From positions 15,770,478 to 15,834,477 of the forward strand of contig NC_135260.1 of NCBI RefSeq assembly GCF_964204865.1: a stretch of DNA of 64,000 nucleotides. Direction: 5' to 3'. The stretch comes from Styela clava (lineage: Eukaryota). The position numbers were made by a program, and so were the translations under genes. The first letter of the stretch is position 1. Each line of letters begins with the position of its first letter. The notes below the pieces were generated by a model. That model was not told the DNA's origin and ran no database searches. It was given only the letters and a program-made list of their open reading frames with translations. This document shows, in pieces, positions 39,394 to 51,643 of this stretch.

Positions 39394-39708
39394 CAAATTT
39401 GTACGTGAAAGCATATGAACCTGTACATGTGTTTCATCTGTAAACTAGGGGGTAATTTGAAAGAGTCAAGAACTTTTCGGTTGTGCTAAATAAGTTGGAT
39501 TTTTAGTATGATGTACATCTATATCTGATAAAAATTGCACAGTCAAGCCATTTATATACAGAAAAATTGATATATGTAAACAATACAAAAATGTGTTAGT
39601 ATATATATATATTCGACCCCGAGATAGATAAATGTATTCAATATTTCTTTGATTGGTTTACATTCATTGTGAAATTGATTTGTTAACAAATTAAGTTAAG
39701 CAGCTTAC

Positions 39709-39799
39709 CCTGTAGTCAATTGCAACGTTTTCCTCGTCGTGGCGTAAATATAATGGATTGAGTTTGAATGAATTGATTAAATCCAAACTATTTTTGACC
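39709..39799 (-). CDS. DDC: DDC-like exon 9: (W)VKNSLDLINSFKLNPLYLRHDEENVAIDYR.
   Basis: Acceptor gtatttcag|G. Donor AGG|GTAAGC. Matches human [32 protein letters not shown]. Confidence 0.8.
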
Positions 39800-40630
39800 C
39801 TGAAATACGTGTTAAACAGTTATTGAATTCATTGGAAAATAAACGTAAAACCTCTTTATTGTACGTTTTTTGAGTATCTCAAAAATGTTGAATCTCACTT
39901 TTTCCGCATGCCCCACCTGTTTGACGCTTGTCTCAGTCGTATCATTTGTCACTCGTTCCCCACGTGTCTCACATGCCCCCCTTGTATCATTTGTTCCACC
40001 AGTCAGTCATACACCACACACAAGTCACACAAAAAAGACAAGTGCGGGCCACGTAGGACAAGTTCAACACATGGAATTCGACATTTTGAGACAACATCGA
40101 TTTTAGGGAATATTTACCCTCGTTATACTCATATAGTTACCCTTGTGTGTTCAACAATAGCATAATATATAAGATTTTACATTGGCAGTTGGCACACGCA
40201 TTTGCTCATAGTCAACTACCATTTCGCAATAAATAAAATTATATTACTTGCTGACTTTGCTAATTATTACATCAAGTTAGAAAAATCTAAATCGCCCAAA
40301 CATTCCAACTATATATAAGACCAACAACTTGCTCAACATAGAAATTGTTGGTTCCCGAAACAAAAAAGATTTAGGATTTGTATATCCATTAGGCTTCTAA
40401 GGGACGAACTCATTATAGTCCTTCTATGGTTTTGCGCTAGTGGATTCGTATACAAGCAAAAGTAAAGACACCCGCTACCAATGATGATCCTCGTTGGGCT
40501 TGACGGAATTTATTTAAATTTATACAATATTACTGAAATTAAACAGCCTTATCGGCCTTAAAGAATAATTTTCCAGCACTATACAAATATAGAAACCGAT
40601 CGGCCACAGTTTTTCATAATATAAACTTAC

Positions 40631-40698
40631 CAAAGTGGTGAGAAGTCGAAATTCACCATCAGCCATTTGTGTGGATTGAAATTGTAAGAGGTAACCAT
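40631..40698 (-). CDS. DDC: DDC-like exon 8: [22 protein letters not shown] + 2 nt. The NPHK motif carries the PLP-binding lysine.
   Basis: Acceptor ttcggtcag|ATG. Donor TG|GTAAGT. Matches human [23 protein letters not shown]. Confidence 0.82.
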
Positions 40699-41113
40699 CT
40701 GACCGAAAGCAATTGGCATGTTATAGTATTGATTTCATAATAGAATGTTTTAGAAAGGGCAACATACGTAATTTAGAAATACGACGTACGAATCAAATAT
40801 GCCGTTTTTAAACATTCACTCGTCGCAATCGAAAGGGGAGGCGGAAGGAATGTAGGAGAAACGTAGTAGTGGAATGTTAAAAAATAAAGCCAATTTGAAG
40901 TTAAAATTTAGTGCTAAATTATGAGAAAATATGAAACGATGTAAAATGGCTTTTTAACGGACATTTCCATTTTTATCTATTGAAGGGGTGAAACAATTGC
41001 TCCAACAGTCAAAAAAATATTTTGATCTTGTTTATTGTCACTAATATTTTGAGTCCGAGTTAATAAATCTGGTTATTCATGCTAAGTAAATTCAGTGTAT
41101 TATGTATTCCCAC

Positions 41114-41208
41114 CTCAATTCCTTTCATTCGATGTCGAAATTCGGGACAAATGAAACTGCATCCGGCGTATGCTGCATCAACATGAAGCCATACATCCTC
41201 TTTGTTAC
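41114..41208 (-). CDS. DDC: DDC-like exon 7: (C)[31 protein letters not shown].
   Basis: Acceptor cttacattcag|GT. Donor GAG|GTGGGA. Nearly identical to human [32 protein letters not shown]. Confidence 0.85.
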
Positions 41209-41350
41209 CTGAATGTAAGAAATTGAAATCGGTTCCTCTGATCTTTTTCGTTAAAATTTTAGGTTGCTCACAAAAGTGCATAGCAATTATAAAAAAAGTG
41301 ATTCATTGACATTTTAAATTGTCATACTCAAATTACCGCCATCAACTTAC

Positions 41351-41417
41351 AAACTTCTCCGATTTCTTGAAGATTGTCAAATGAACAACAGGCCGTTGTA
41401 CCAAGGGTTGCACAAAC
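41351..41417 (-). CDS. DDC: DDC-like exon 6: VCATLGTTACCSFDNLQEIGEV + 1 nt.
   Basis: Acceptor ttaactcag|GTT. Donor T|GTAAGT. Matches human [21 protein letters not shown]. Confidence 0.8.
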
Positions 41418-41706
41418 CTGAGTTAAAAAGAAGACGGTTTTAAAACATATTTCATTCACTACAAATATAACCATGCGAATTGCGTATATTTCAGTTCGAG
41501 ATTCAATTTGCATTAATTTATTATGAGCGTACAACAGCATTTCTCACTCTTTGTCGCGGTCAATTTTACTGATTGTGAACGTATTTGTCCATAAATAATA
41601 GGTGTATTTTAGTCAATTTTCAGAATATATCTCTAGATTGTGATAAAGCATGTTCGACTGAAAAATTTATTCAATATTTCTGTGAGTAATAATATTTAAA
41701 ACTCAC

Positions 41707-41825
41707 ATAAAATGGTATTCTTCCATCATCTTTGTCTTTTTCCATTGCCTTTTTTAATGCTTCTCCTCTAACTGCAATATCCTTATCAACAGTCACTTTA
41801 TGTAAATGCACCATTGCTATGAGAC
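41707..41825 (-). CDS. DDC: DDC-like exon 5: (C)LIAMVHLHKVTVDKDIAVRGEALKKAMEKDKDDGRIPFY.
   Basis: Acceptor ttttcacag|GT. Donor TAT|GTGAGT. Matches human [39 protein letters not shown]. Confidence 0.8.
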
Positions 41826-42229
41826 CTGTGAAAACTTACAATTATTATTTTATTCATTTCGCCTTGAGATTTTTGGTTTTCAAAAAAAATGCGCTATGCT
41901 CCAAAGTGGGCAAGTTTGTCCACAATAAGCATTCTTGTAAGTCAGATGTAAATATTAAAATTATATCTTCGTGTTGAATATTTTGAAATCTACAGTGCAG
42001 TGCACTTTTGTAGATACTAGCACTTCAGATAAAGATATAAAAATATAATATTCATAAAAGAGCAAGTTCGTTACGTTAAACTTAATTTTGTATGCTTCAA
42101 AATTGTTCTGAACGCAGCCGTCTTGATTTTGAAGTAATTGGAAACTGGGCCATCTTATGTTATAAGTCTGTGTAAACTATCATAACGATATCTCGGGGAA
42201 ATATTCGTTGGTGTAAATGTTACAAAATT

Positions 42230-42464
42230 GGCCGCTTCCGTAGTATGTGAACCAAGATGGCGGACACCGGAACGTAGTATGTTTACCAGGTTAGGGTTAG
42301 GCCATAATTCTATTTCAATTTTCCTTATTTTAGTTCTATTACGAGTTCGGGAACTAGCCAAGTGACTCCCGTAGTATTTGTACCTGAAATTTGGCCTAAC
42401 CCTAACCTGAAAGGCATACTACGTTCCGGGTCCGCCATCTTGGTTCACATACCACGGGAGTACC
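42230..42464. mobile_element. MITE family A, copy 4 (long form), in the intron between DDC exons 5 and 4.
   Basis: GGCCGCTTCCGTAGTATGTGAACCAAGATGGCGGACACC…CCGCCATCTTGGTTCACATACCACGGGAGTACC. Flanks ACAAAATT and CAAAAATG. The internal sequence matches 21647–21884. Confidence 0.65.
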
Positions 42465-42708
42465 AAAAATGCAATATACTGATTTGCAATTAACTTTAAG
42501 CAATTCACTTTCGCTTACAGTCGAATGATGGAATGTGGCCTTGAATCGATTCATTTAAAAGTGGTAGTTTCATTCGAAGTCTTTGCTTTTAATAACTGGG
42601 GCCAAGTTCAGTTTCATATCATCATGTAAAGCACTTGTTTAATTCGGGAGATCGCATGCATTTGCCGCCACCTCGGAAACCACGCTATTGATTATGCATA
42701 AAACTCAC

Positions 42709-42867
42709 ATGCTCTTTCTACCGATGAATGACTATATTCTGATGTGTATGCAACAAGTTTTGAGGCAAGCTCATGTTGTGAAATGTTAGGATATATAGCT
42801 TCCAATTTTTTCAGTGTTTTTGTCCTTGCTGCCAGAATTGTCATAATGGTTGCTTCGCTAGCGGTAC
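42709..42867 (-). CDS. DDC: DDC-like exon 4: (G)TASEATIMTILAARTKTLKKLEAIYPNISQHELASKLVAYTSEYSHSSVERA + 1 nt.
   Basis: Acceptor tttttttcag|GT. Donor GCAT|GTGAGT. Matches human GSASEATLVALLAARTKV…KLVAYSSDQAHSSVERAG. Confidence 0.82.
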
Positions 42868-43174
42868 CTGAAAAAAAATTGACAGATATATTTTCATTGA
42901 GAGAATTTATTTCAAATAACCGGTAAAGGAAATATTAGATTGGTTTTAAAGAATCAAAAATCACTCAGCTAATTGGTCTCACTATTCAACAATGGAATAA
43001 ATGTGGTACAAAATAAATATTTCCAAGAAATCTTGAATAAAGCTTAGGTCTTCGTTTAAACCTGACTAATCTCGTAACGTGTCGTCATACAAATTGGTTG
43101 AATAATTGTTAACGTCACGTCGAAGCTTTTACAGTATTCCAAATATTTATAATTGCTGTCTAATCTGTCGTAAT

Positions 43175-43250
43175 CATATTTATTTATCCAACACACATAC
43201 TGTTTATATATATATACAATATAGTATGTGTGTTGGATGAATAAATATAT
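43175..43250. repeat. 25-bp inverted repeat or hairpin abutting the donor of DDC exon 3.
   Basis: atttatttatccaacacacatac…gtatgtgtgttggatgaataaatat, with a (TA)n spacer. The exon 3 donor GTATATATAT is at 43260. Confidence 0.7.
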
Positions 43251-43260
43251 ATATATATAC

Positions 43261-43381
43261 CTTGGACAACCCCCAGTCCTGGGCCAACACCTTTGTGTAT
43301 GAAACAGTCAGGCAAACCAATGGCTTTCCCCAGCCAATCGAGCACTACAGTTTCTAATTCGGTACACGATGGACTTGATGC
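43261..43381 (-). CDS. DDC: DDC-like exon 3: [40 protein letters not shown] + 1 nt.
   Basis: Acceptor caattttag|GCA. Donor CAAG|GTATAT. Matches human [28 protein letters not shown]. Confidence 0.82.
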
Positions 43382-43439
43382 CTAAAATTGAAAAGTAACG
43401 CAGGTGAGAACAGATGAAATGAAATCCCTGTCACAGTCT

Positions 43440-43610
43440 GGTGTTATGTTCACAGCAAAACCTGTCAGCATGTGATAGCGCCCCTATCCTGTTAGAGTAG
43501 GGGGTCGGAGCCTCCCCTTCTACTCCTCCCGTGGAATTCGGTGGAAGCCCTAACCGAACAGCTGGTACGTGAGCCACCATGCGGCGGTGGAGAATCCATG
43601 AAGTCTTTGT
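43440..43610 (-). other. GC-rich block of about 170 bp in the intron between DDC exons 3 and 2, with a 7SL/Alu-like GGTGGCTCACG motif. Possibly a SINE or small-RNA-derived element.
   Basis: The minus strand reads ccgccgcatggtggctcacgtaccagctgttcgg…cacgggaggagtagaaggggaggctccgaccccc. Its composition contrasts with the flanks. Track ORF 43431..43637 is probably spurious. Confidence 0.3.
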
Positions 43611-43910
43611 CATTTTATTATCTTTAACCGGATTCAACCCATAAATTCACACATTGTAATCATCGTTAAGGTGGCACCATGCACCAACCGTCAGACCAAC
43701 GCGCATCGTTAACTAGCGTTATTTAGATATGAAGTATTGCTAGGGCCAAATCAGTGTATTTTCTACAGCATGATAATTTTATCACGTCATCAAATGTTAT
43801 CAAGTTATTAATGTGTTATTATTCTTTTAGCCTCTATTTTTGCATGATTTCCACTTTTTTTGTAGGCCTATATTATTTTATCAAATATCTATATCAGGCG
43901 TCCATCTCAC

Positions 43911-44119
43911 CCACGTAAAGCCAATACATGCACAAGCATCAGACAAAATATCTCCGAGTATTGCTGGATAACTCGTTGCACATGGGAAGTAGGCAAAAAA
44001 TCTCGAAGATTGCCAATGAGTCATCCCTTCCATAACGACTTTGTCAAGGTCAGCAAACAAATCTTCCCACTTTTCTGGATGTTGTGGCGCATTCTCGGGA
44101 ATTAACTTTCTCATAAATC
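43911..44119 (-). CDS. DDC: DDC-like exon 2: (G)FMRKLIPENAPQHPEKWEDLFADLDKVVMEGMTHWQSSRFFAYFPCATSYPAILGDILSDACACIGFTW.
   Basis: Acceptor tgtatttaag|GA. Donor TGG|GTGAGA. Matches human [70 protein letters not shown]. Confidence 0.85.
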
Positions 44120-44583
44120 CTTAAATACAATAACATGAACGTTGAATACTAGAATATACAATAAACTCAGTTTGGTTGACATTCAAATAATGTGAAAAGT
44201 CATATAATAATATCTGAATGTGTAACGCATTCAACCCGATATTGCACCTATTAATATATCTCTCTTGGTAGTTCATGTTCGAATCGCAGCATGCTCTGTC
44301 GAAACTTAATTAAAGTTAGTAAGTAGGCCTACGTCAATCTGGTTAGCGACTTAACGGAACCTTATTTTTTCAATCAAAATACACGATTAGAGAACACAAA
44401 TTTATTTATATACAAATGATAATAAATTTTCAAATTGTTTGAAAACCGTGTGTGAATGTTGTAGTATATTTTAAATCTATTCCTCAAAACACCATGTATC
44501 ACACTTATAAAAATTGACTTATGAGTAGCAGTACAGTTAGAAATACCCAACTTTAATCAAACATATAGGTCATCATATTTTAC

Positions 44584-44743
44584 CTGGCTGTACAGATGGA
44601 AATGCTTGTCTTCCATCCAAACTTTTGTAATAGCCGATGACGTACTCTATCATGTCTTTCGCAGCTTTTGTGAAGGCTTCATCCGACATACCCATTCTGT
44701 AAAACTTTTCGCCATTTTCAGGAATAACCCTGTTTTCTGCCAT
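44584..44743 (-). CDS. DDC: DDC-like PLP decarboxylase exon 1: MAENRVIPENGEKFYRMGMSDEAFTKAAKDMIEYVIGYYKSLDGRQAFPSVQP + 1 nt.
   Basis: First ATG after an in-frame TAA. Donor CCAG|GTAAAA. Matches human DDC [36 protein letters not shown]. The start may instead be the internal ATG MGMSDEAF. Confidence 0.75.
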
Positions 44744-47700
44744 TTTTTATAAAAGTGTACTTGCTGAGGTTCTAAAATATTCCGCACTCTTTTGTAAGTA
44801 TCTTTAAGATATTCTCAACAAGGAGCTAGATAATAGATATTTAGAGATGTTTTACGACGTTTTAAAATCATTTAATAAGCAAATGCATCAAATAAATGCA
44901 ACTTCCATCATGTATTATGGCAGTTCAATGTTTCCATGGTAATATCGTGCTTACATTTAGAAAAAAGTTGCAGAGATAAAAGCATCCCAAAACTAGTGGT
45001 CTCACCTCTATGCGTGGACCAGTTTCTAGCTACTCAAACCTAACCAACTATTGCACACACCTACCGTGCACTGTAGATATACTTTATCAAAGTTGTGTGA
45101 TTAAATAAATATTGGTAATCTGATCAGAACAATCAATGACAAAATTAAATATTAAACTGCTAAGATTCTTACGGAATTGTCATATTTATCATAAATACTA
45201 TAAATATCATATTTATTTTTACCTGAAATGGTCCTCAATATTTTGAAAATGATGCTAACTGAAACCTTATTCCAGCAAAATGCTATCCTTGAATACTGCA
45301 AAAATTTGAATGTGTGTGGATTTTAGTATATGACCAACATTTGGTTAATGTGTACCAGAGGTAGATGCACAATTGATAATTATTGTCAAAACGAATGGCA
45401 TTTTGAAGTATGTTACTAAAATACTTGTTTGATTCCTGTGGAAAATTATGCCCCAATTGTTACTTGTAATGAATGTTTGCACCTTTTTTAATATCATAAG
45501 CAAAATTTATCGGGGAAAATACGTTTTGCTCGCTGTAATCGCGTCAGATTTTGATTTTCATGCCACCATATTCAGCCACTACATCGTTGGATCAAATCAG
45601 ACTTTGAATTGCTTAGTCAGCAAATATAGCCAGTAAGTCAAATAATACCCATACTTATTCAGTCTCATAACAACTGAACAACCGTGATGAGGTGATTTTA
45701 TGAGAGGTAATATCTTTGCTGAAATCGGAATTGCTCCATTGAAATTACAATTATTTATTTTAGTTTCACAATATCTGTTATATTTGTTTGATTTTTGTAT
45801 TTATAGTCTCGTCTTCAGAGTAAGTCGCAAAAAGTTGCCCTCATTTAGGAATAAACTTGCTTTACAGCTTTTTATAAATCTTATCAACTTACTTCACCTG
45901 ATTTCCTGAAATTTCCTATCCCTCGGGAAGTCTTTTCTAACATAAAACCTAGTAGTAATTTGATATGAATGCAAAAAATTCTTTTTCTATTTTAACCATC
46001 GAATTCTGGTATATCACAGCTAAAACAGACTCGCCATGATATCTTTAGAGTTAAATTGAACAACGTTTAAGCTTTTTAGACTGTAATACCAGCGTTATGG
46101 TATTCAAACAGGATAAAAAATGAAAATCAGTACAAATTTCTTATAAAGGACGTTTTAATACGATTTTTATTGATTTTAAAATTGTGTACATTGTTGTACT
46201 AATGCTCTTCATTGTTTGTTTCGGACATGTGATAGGCGAGGTGTCGTCAGCAATTTGTGAATTGTAAGTAACAACACCTGCTTATGACAACGTAGCCCTT
46301 TTTACCAAATATTTATAGGGCCTATCATGTGTGACACAATACACACTAGCTATACTGAAAGAAAAATCAATCAATATTTGATACCAATTCAGTCGATAAA
46401 ATTGAGTGGAAAATGCCGTATCATGCACTAAAAACAGAATAAATATAAATGTCATCTGTGCGACAGGAAATGTGATTTGTGAATCAAATTATATTCCTTT
46501 CCGATAAATTGCGTTCGCGACGAAGTAGCCTGCTTATTTTAAATGTTGAAGCCAAATTTATGGAACACCAATTCTAAAGAATTAATAATTGTTCATTAAA
46601 ATGATCTTTGTTTGATAAAATCGATAATGTTACCATCAAGTAATGTACTTTTTGCCAGTTCATAAATTAGTTGGACTAGGTCACCGGTTTTTAACCAGCG
46701 GACCATGGTTCGCTGCTGGGCCACAGAAATATTTCCAGGTGGGCCACAAATCTACCAAAAAATTGCTACTAGAGTTATTGATTGATGAATTAAATTAGTT
46801 AATTATGATGGCGGTAGCAGTAAATGATGCTGCTGTTGTTTGCTGCAGAGTGGAAATTTTCATTTTTAAGGTGAAAGTGTGTATATTGCGAGAAGAATTA
46901 TTTGTATTTGTTGTAGTTTTATCCTGACATGGGAAAAATATTGAATTGAATTTAATAAATAATTTGGTATAATAGTTTTATGTTATAAGCAATATCGATT
47001 TATTCTGAAATAAGTGCTTACATTTTGTTGTCAGATATGAAAATTTCAGTATAGACGAGATTAGGTACATCTACATTAGTGAGAAGCCACTGTAGGGTTG
47101 GAACGAGTCTGGCATCACAGAGATTTGACGAATCTGAGTAACAGGTCAAGGACTCGAATCGAATCTTCACAGTCCGTGACGTCACAATTGATGAGAAGAA
47201 AAACACGTTTTTGACAATGCTACAGCAACGTGCGCTCACAAACATACGTCATAGCTCATATTTTATGGCTAATAGTTCCGCAGATAGCTGTTGAATCATT
47301 TTATGAATCTATTTTCCCTCTTTTTGGCGGCCACAATACAAACGTGAACGTGGGTCAATATGCGCCTTGGTTGGGAACTGGATTTCCAGCCCATCACCGT
47401 TCGTTAATTCTGGGCAGCTATTTAGCAATTCATACATGTCAATATGAAAAATGAAAAGCTTTTGATTGCAATGCTTCCCCATATTTCCAGATACTTCTAG
47501 CTGTAAACTTATTATGTCGCGTGCGTATGGTAGAGAGATGCCACTCTTTAATACAATGAGGTACATCTGCTTGCAATTTAGTAGTTCATGTAAAAGTTCT
47601 AAAATTCTACATGCTTTCTATTTCTCCCTTTTTAGGGAAAAGATTGCACGTAATAAACTCGATTTAAAAAAATATATTGATGAAATTACCAGAGCATGTT

Positions 47701-50126
47701 TCATTTTTAGGAGAATCGAAAGCTCAAAAATATTGCGCTAACACATATTTTATTGTTCACATGTATACCAAAAAGGATAGATAGTTTGAAGACGACTGGC
47801 GCGACATCATTGTTATATAAGCAATCAATAGCTTTCAACATGCGTTATATTATCTGGATATCTGTCGTCGTTTTCATTAAGAGTGTTTATAATACATACG
47901 AGGAATATTGTTACAGATTTAACAACGAATTTTAACCAGTTAGGGTATGTACTATTTATAGAGGTAAAAGTCATAACATAGGCGCAAATTAGTAAAAACA
48001 GAATTGATTATAGACTCGGTAAAAATGACCTGGACTCGAAATCGAATCCGAGTCCAAAAAATGCCTTGATTCGACTCGAATCCGAGTCCGGATCCGAATC
48101 TCGGCCCATCCCTAGAAGCCAGTGCCTTCAAATTTTTCTGCGAAGGAATAAATTATTTAATGACAAATCATAATTAATTTTATCAGCAATTAGACTTCAT
48201 GGAATTATTTTTATAAAAAGATGCATTGATAAATAACTTAAAAGTGTCTATCCACTTCCATACGTCATCAATCAGACGTTGTCGGACAAGGAGATGCCTT
48301 CAAAATAGGTTCCATTACATTTGAACCCACGTACATTTGAACCCACGACGATTGCATCTGCATACTATTGCAAATTTAGCATACTATTGAATGAGCCAAT
48401 CAGATTTTGTTTTTTTGAATATGGGGCTTTCCAGAAGACCGTTTAATGAATATGTGGATCTCGTAGGCCAGCTGCTCAAATTGCGTCAGAAAGCTTGCTA
48501 CGCAAATTGTGTTGCTGATTTGATGTAAACACAAGAGAGCGGTGCTCAAATATATGAACTCAAAATGGTACGGGTATGCAATCTGCCACATTAGCCTACC
48601 GGTACCGTATCGCAGCCAAGCAGCAGATTTTACTTAAGCAAAACCGGAACCGCCACAAAAATCGCAATTTTGATGACGTCGTCGCTCACAAAAAAATCCA
48701 GGTCACAGCAATTTTCGAAATAAATAAAATTAATAGCCTTATAGCGAAAAATTTTTAATTGAAAACAATGCAGATTGTGTTTATATGTATGTTTGATATG
48801 AATTTATGCTGTTCCTCGTATTTTTCCATTCCGGGAGATATGTGTGCCAACGGTATTTATTCTTGGGATTCAATTGTCCCAGTGGGATTGAACAACAGAA
48901 ATACAGTGTGAAATTGGGGAACCATCTGGGAATCAAATTCGCTGAACTCGGTCAATGGAGATTCACAAATTGCCATGTTATTATGCTGCTTCTCCCACGG
49001 CCGACCATTTCTTCCTCAACACTCACGAAATACTGAGCGTATGGATTTTTTTTGTGATTGGTTTTACAAAATACATTATACGACTTGTATACAACCGTGC
49101 GAAGTAGGCGGAAAAATATTGTTGCCACCAAATAATTTTCGCCACCATTTGTTACTTTTTCGCTTTAAGTCGTCTATATATTTATTGTATAAGACGGTGG
49201 AGCATTGACAAGCAACATCTCGTTTTGAACCATTCTTTTGTTTTCTAGTTATTACTGTTTCTACTGATTCATGGCAGTTACGCATGAGCAACACGTCTTT
49301 GGTGTCTCTCCCTCCAATGAATACACAATAACCCCTTTTTACATACCGCCATTTCACTTTTTTGTCAAAACTTTGCGTTCAGCTACACGTTTTTACAGGA
49401 ATATTCAGGCTCGGTATTAAAAGCCAAGCAGCAACGTATATATATGTCCCGACGGGAATATAAAATTAGGTGAAATGGGATCTCGAGGCAAACTTTTTAT
49501 GTATCTTCCGTGGAATGGAAAAGCATGTAAAACAAGTGTATTACAAGTAATGTATTACAAGTTAATTTCATTCCAACTAATAATTTTTCGTCCTAAACTA
49601 AACGATTCAATTAAATTTTAATATTGCTGTATTTAGTTGCCGATGCGTTTTCCTGATTACGTCTTTCCAGACCCTTGATTTAACTTTGCATTAGGTATTT
49701 GTTACATTCTAGCTAAAATTCCTACAGCTGTTCTTGTGTTCCGTAACTTAATTGACACAATGATAACATAAAATGATTGGTACATGAGTGCTTTCTGATT
49801 ATGAAGGATCCTGACAGAAACATTGCAGTGCATTTACATTTCACAGGCTCTTATCATCTCAACATTTGAGAATCTAAACTTTAGACCAGGGGTCGCGACC
49901 CCAAATTGGGTCGGAGTGATAAATAAGTAGGATTACAAACAGGTCATGGGGTCGCTGATGTATGGCCACTGAACTGGAAATATATCTCTGTGGGTATGGC
50001 AGAGGATGGATGTACAAAACATCTAAGATTTTACAAACCATGTTACGTTTAGCAATTTGTACCATGGCTTACTGTAAAACAGGCCCATAGGCATTGTTCC
50101 GTGTTTATGGCTATAGATAGAGTATA

Positions 50127-50692
50127 GTACAGTGGTTCTCTAACTTTTAAAAAAAAAATCATTGACGACCCCTTTGCAATTTTTTTGATGATTCGCGGCC
50201 TTGTGCACTAAAATAAAACATTAAAATATCACAACAACAAAAATAAATGCGCCGTACGGTATAGTGAAAAACATCTCCTCATCTACGTTTATCGCGATGA
50301 ACCCTAACTTTACATACGATTCGTCATATCATAGTTTTAATTTTAGAAGGCATCTTGTAATTAATATTACCGAGATGAAAACCTAAAAATATAGGCCATC
50401 CCCACCGTTACTCTATGTCAAAAGCCAAATTTGATAGTTGAAAACTGAAACTTAGCACTATCTATCTTTCAATATAAAAGTGTAAAACAGCATTTAGAAG
50501 AATCAGTGTCCCCAGCAATGATTGTGAAGCAGCAAAAGACAACAAATTATTATTATACAATGTATTTGCAAATTTAAGCACTTAAGTTTTGTATTATCAA
50601 ACTATGAGCAATATAACAGATTTCTTTCGCGGACCCTCCGAAAGTGCTTCACGGACCCAAGATCTGCGGACCCTAGTTTGAGAACCACTGGA
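50127..50692. mobile_element. Tc1/mariner-like MITE of about 566 bp, same family as 11099–12945.
   Basis: Inverted repeats GTACAGTGGTTCTCTAAC… and …GTTTGAGAACCACTGGAC, with TA on both sides (50125–26 and 50693–94). Confidence 0.6.
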
Positions 50693-51637
50693 CTATAGTA
50701 GATTATAAAAATGTAGGTCATTATTGTGACGTCACTGTTTGGTTTTAGCCTATTTTACCTAATACCACCACATGACCAAACTCAAAAGTCCAGAGAAAGA
50801 AGCTCTAAAGTTCCATGAAAAATATATATATTGACCTGGGGTCGCACTGGACACTTTGAAGTTGTCTTTGGAGTCTTAAAAAAATCTTTGGAACCCCTGC
50901 TTTAGACCTTACTCGATGCAATCAACACTTTAATCGTCATAATGAGGTAGTATATATTTCATTGTTTGCGAACACAACGTCAAGAGTTCTTTGTCAAAAT
51001 TCAGTTAATGGACCTCACTGAAGGATTTTGATTATTTCTTTTCGTCGGAAAGTAGCGAAAACGTTCCCTCTGCTATTATATCCTTTTTGCTATGACTTTG
51101 TTTAGGAAATATACATAAAAATAAGTGTGGTAACGGCGTTACCGTATGATTGCATCTTTGGATTGTATCTCATCTAATATATCCTTCATGGGCAAACAAA
51201 CATTTGCGTTTTTTTTTCAACTTCATGAGCATTTTTAACTCCATTTCTGTAAGAGATAGTGCTATACGATAGACAATGGATCCAAATTGACGAATGATCT
51301 TCATCAGATAGCAGTAAAACTGTCACAATAGTCATGCTGAAATAATCCTAATGAAGTTTTTCTTAACTTTTCGTATATTTGCCTCTCAATATCCAACTGT
51401 ATGAACATCAGCATGCTCCAAAACATAAAAGCATAATAATACCAGAACTTAAATTGTTAAAGATAGTTGATTACTAAAAGTCTAGTAAATCGGGTGAAAA
51501 AATCATTTACCCAAATTAAACAGCAATTATATATCGATCCTTATTTAAGTAGAAGGGAAAAGAATAAATGTAATATTTGGTGTGTCCATTTGCACGCATT
51601 CCTGAAAAATCATTCAATGTCCAACAATACGTACCAT

Positions 51638-51643
51638 TTTATT
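51638..51643 (-). terminator. AATAAA polyadenylation signal overlapping the stop of the pentraxin exon.
   Basis: The minus strand reads GAT TAA ATAAAATGG immediately after the CDS. Confidence 0.55.

Noticed and set aside
39200-39437. ORFs 39200..39418 (+) and 39249..39437 (−)
   Set aside because: Both lie within MITE family A copy 3 inside a DDC intron. Their peptides (e.g. …QDGAQPEH…) are repeated wherever the MITE occurs (10387..10569, 56900..57082).
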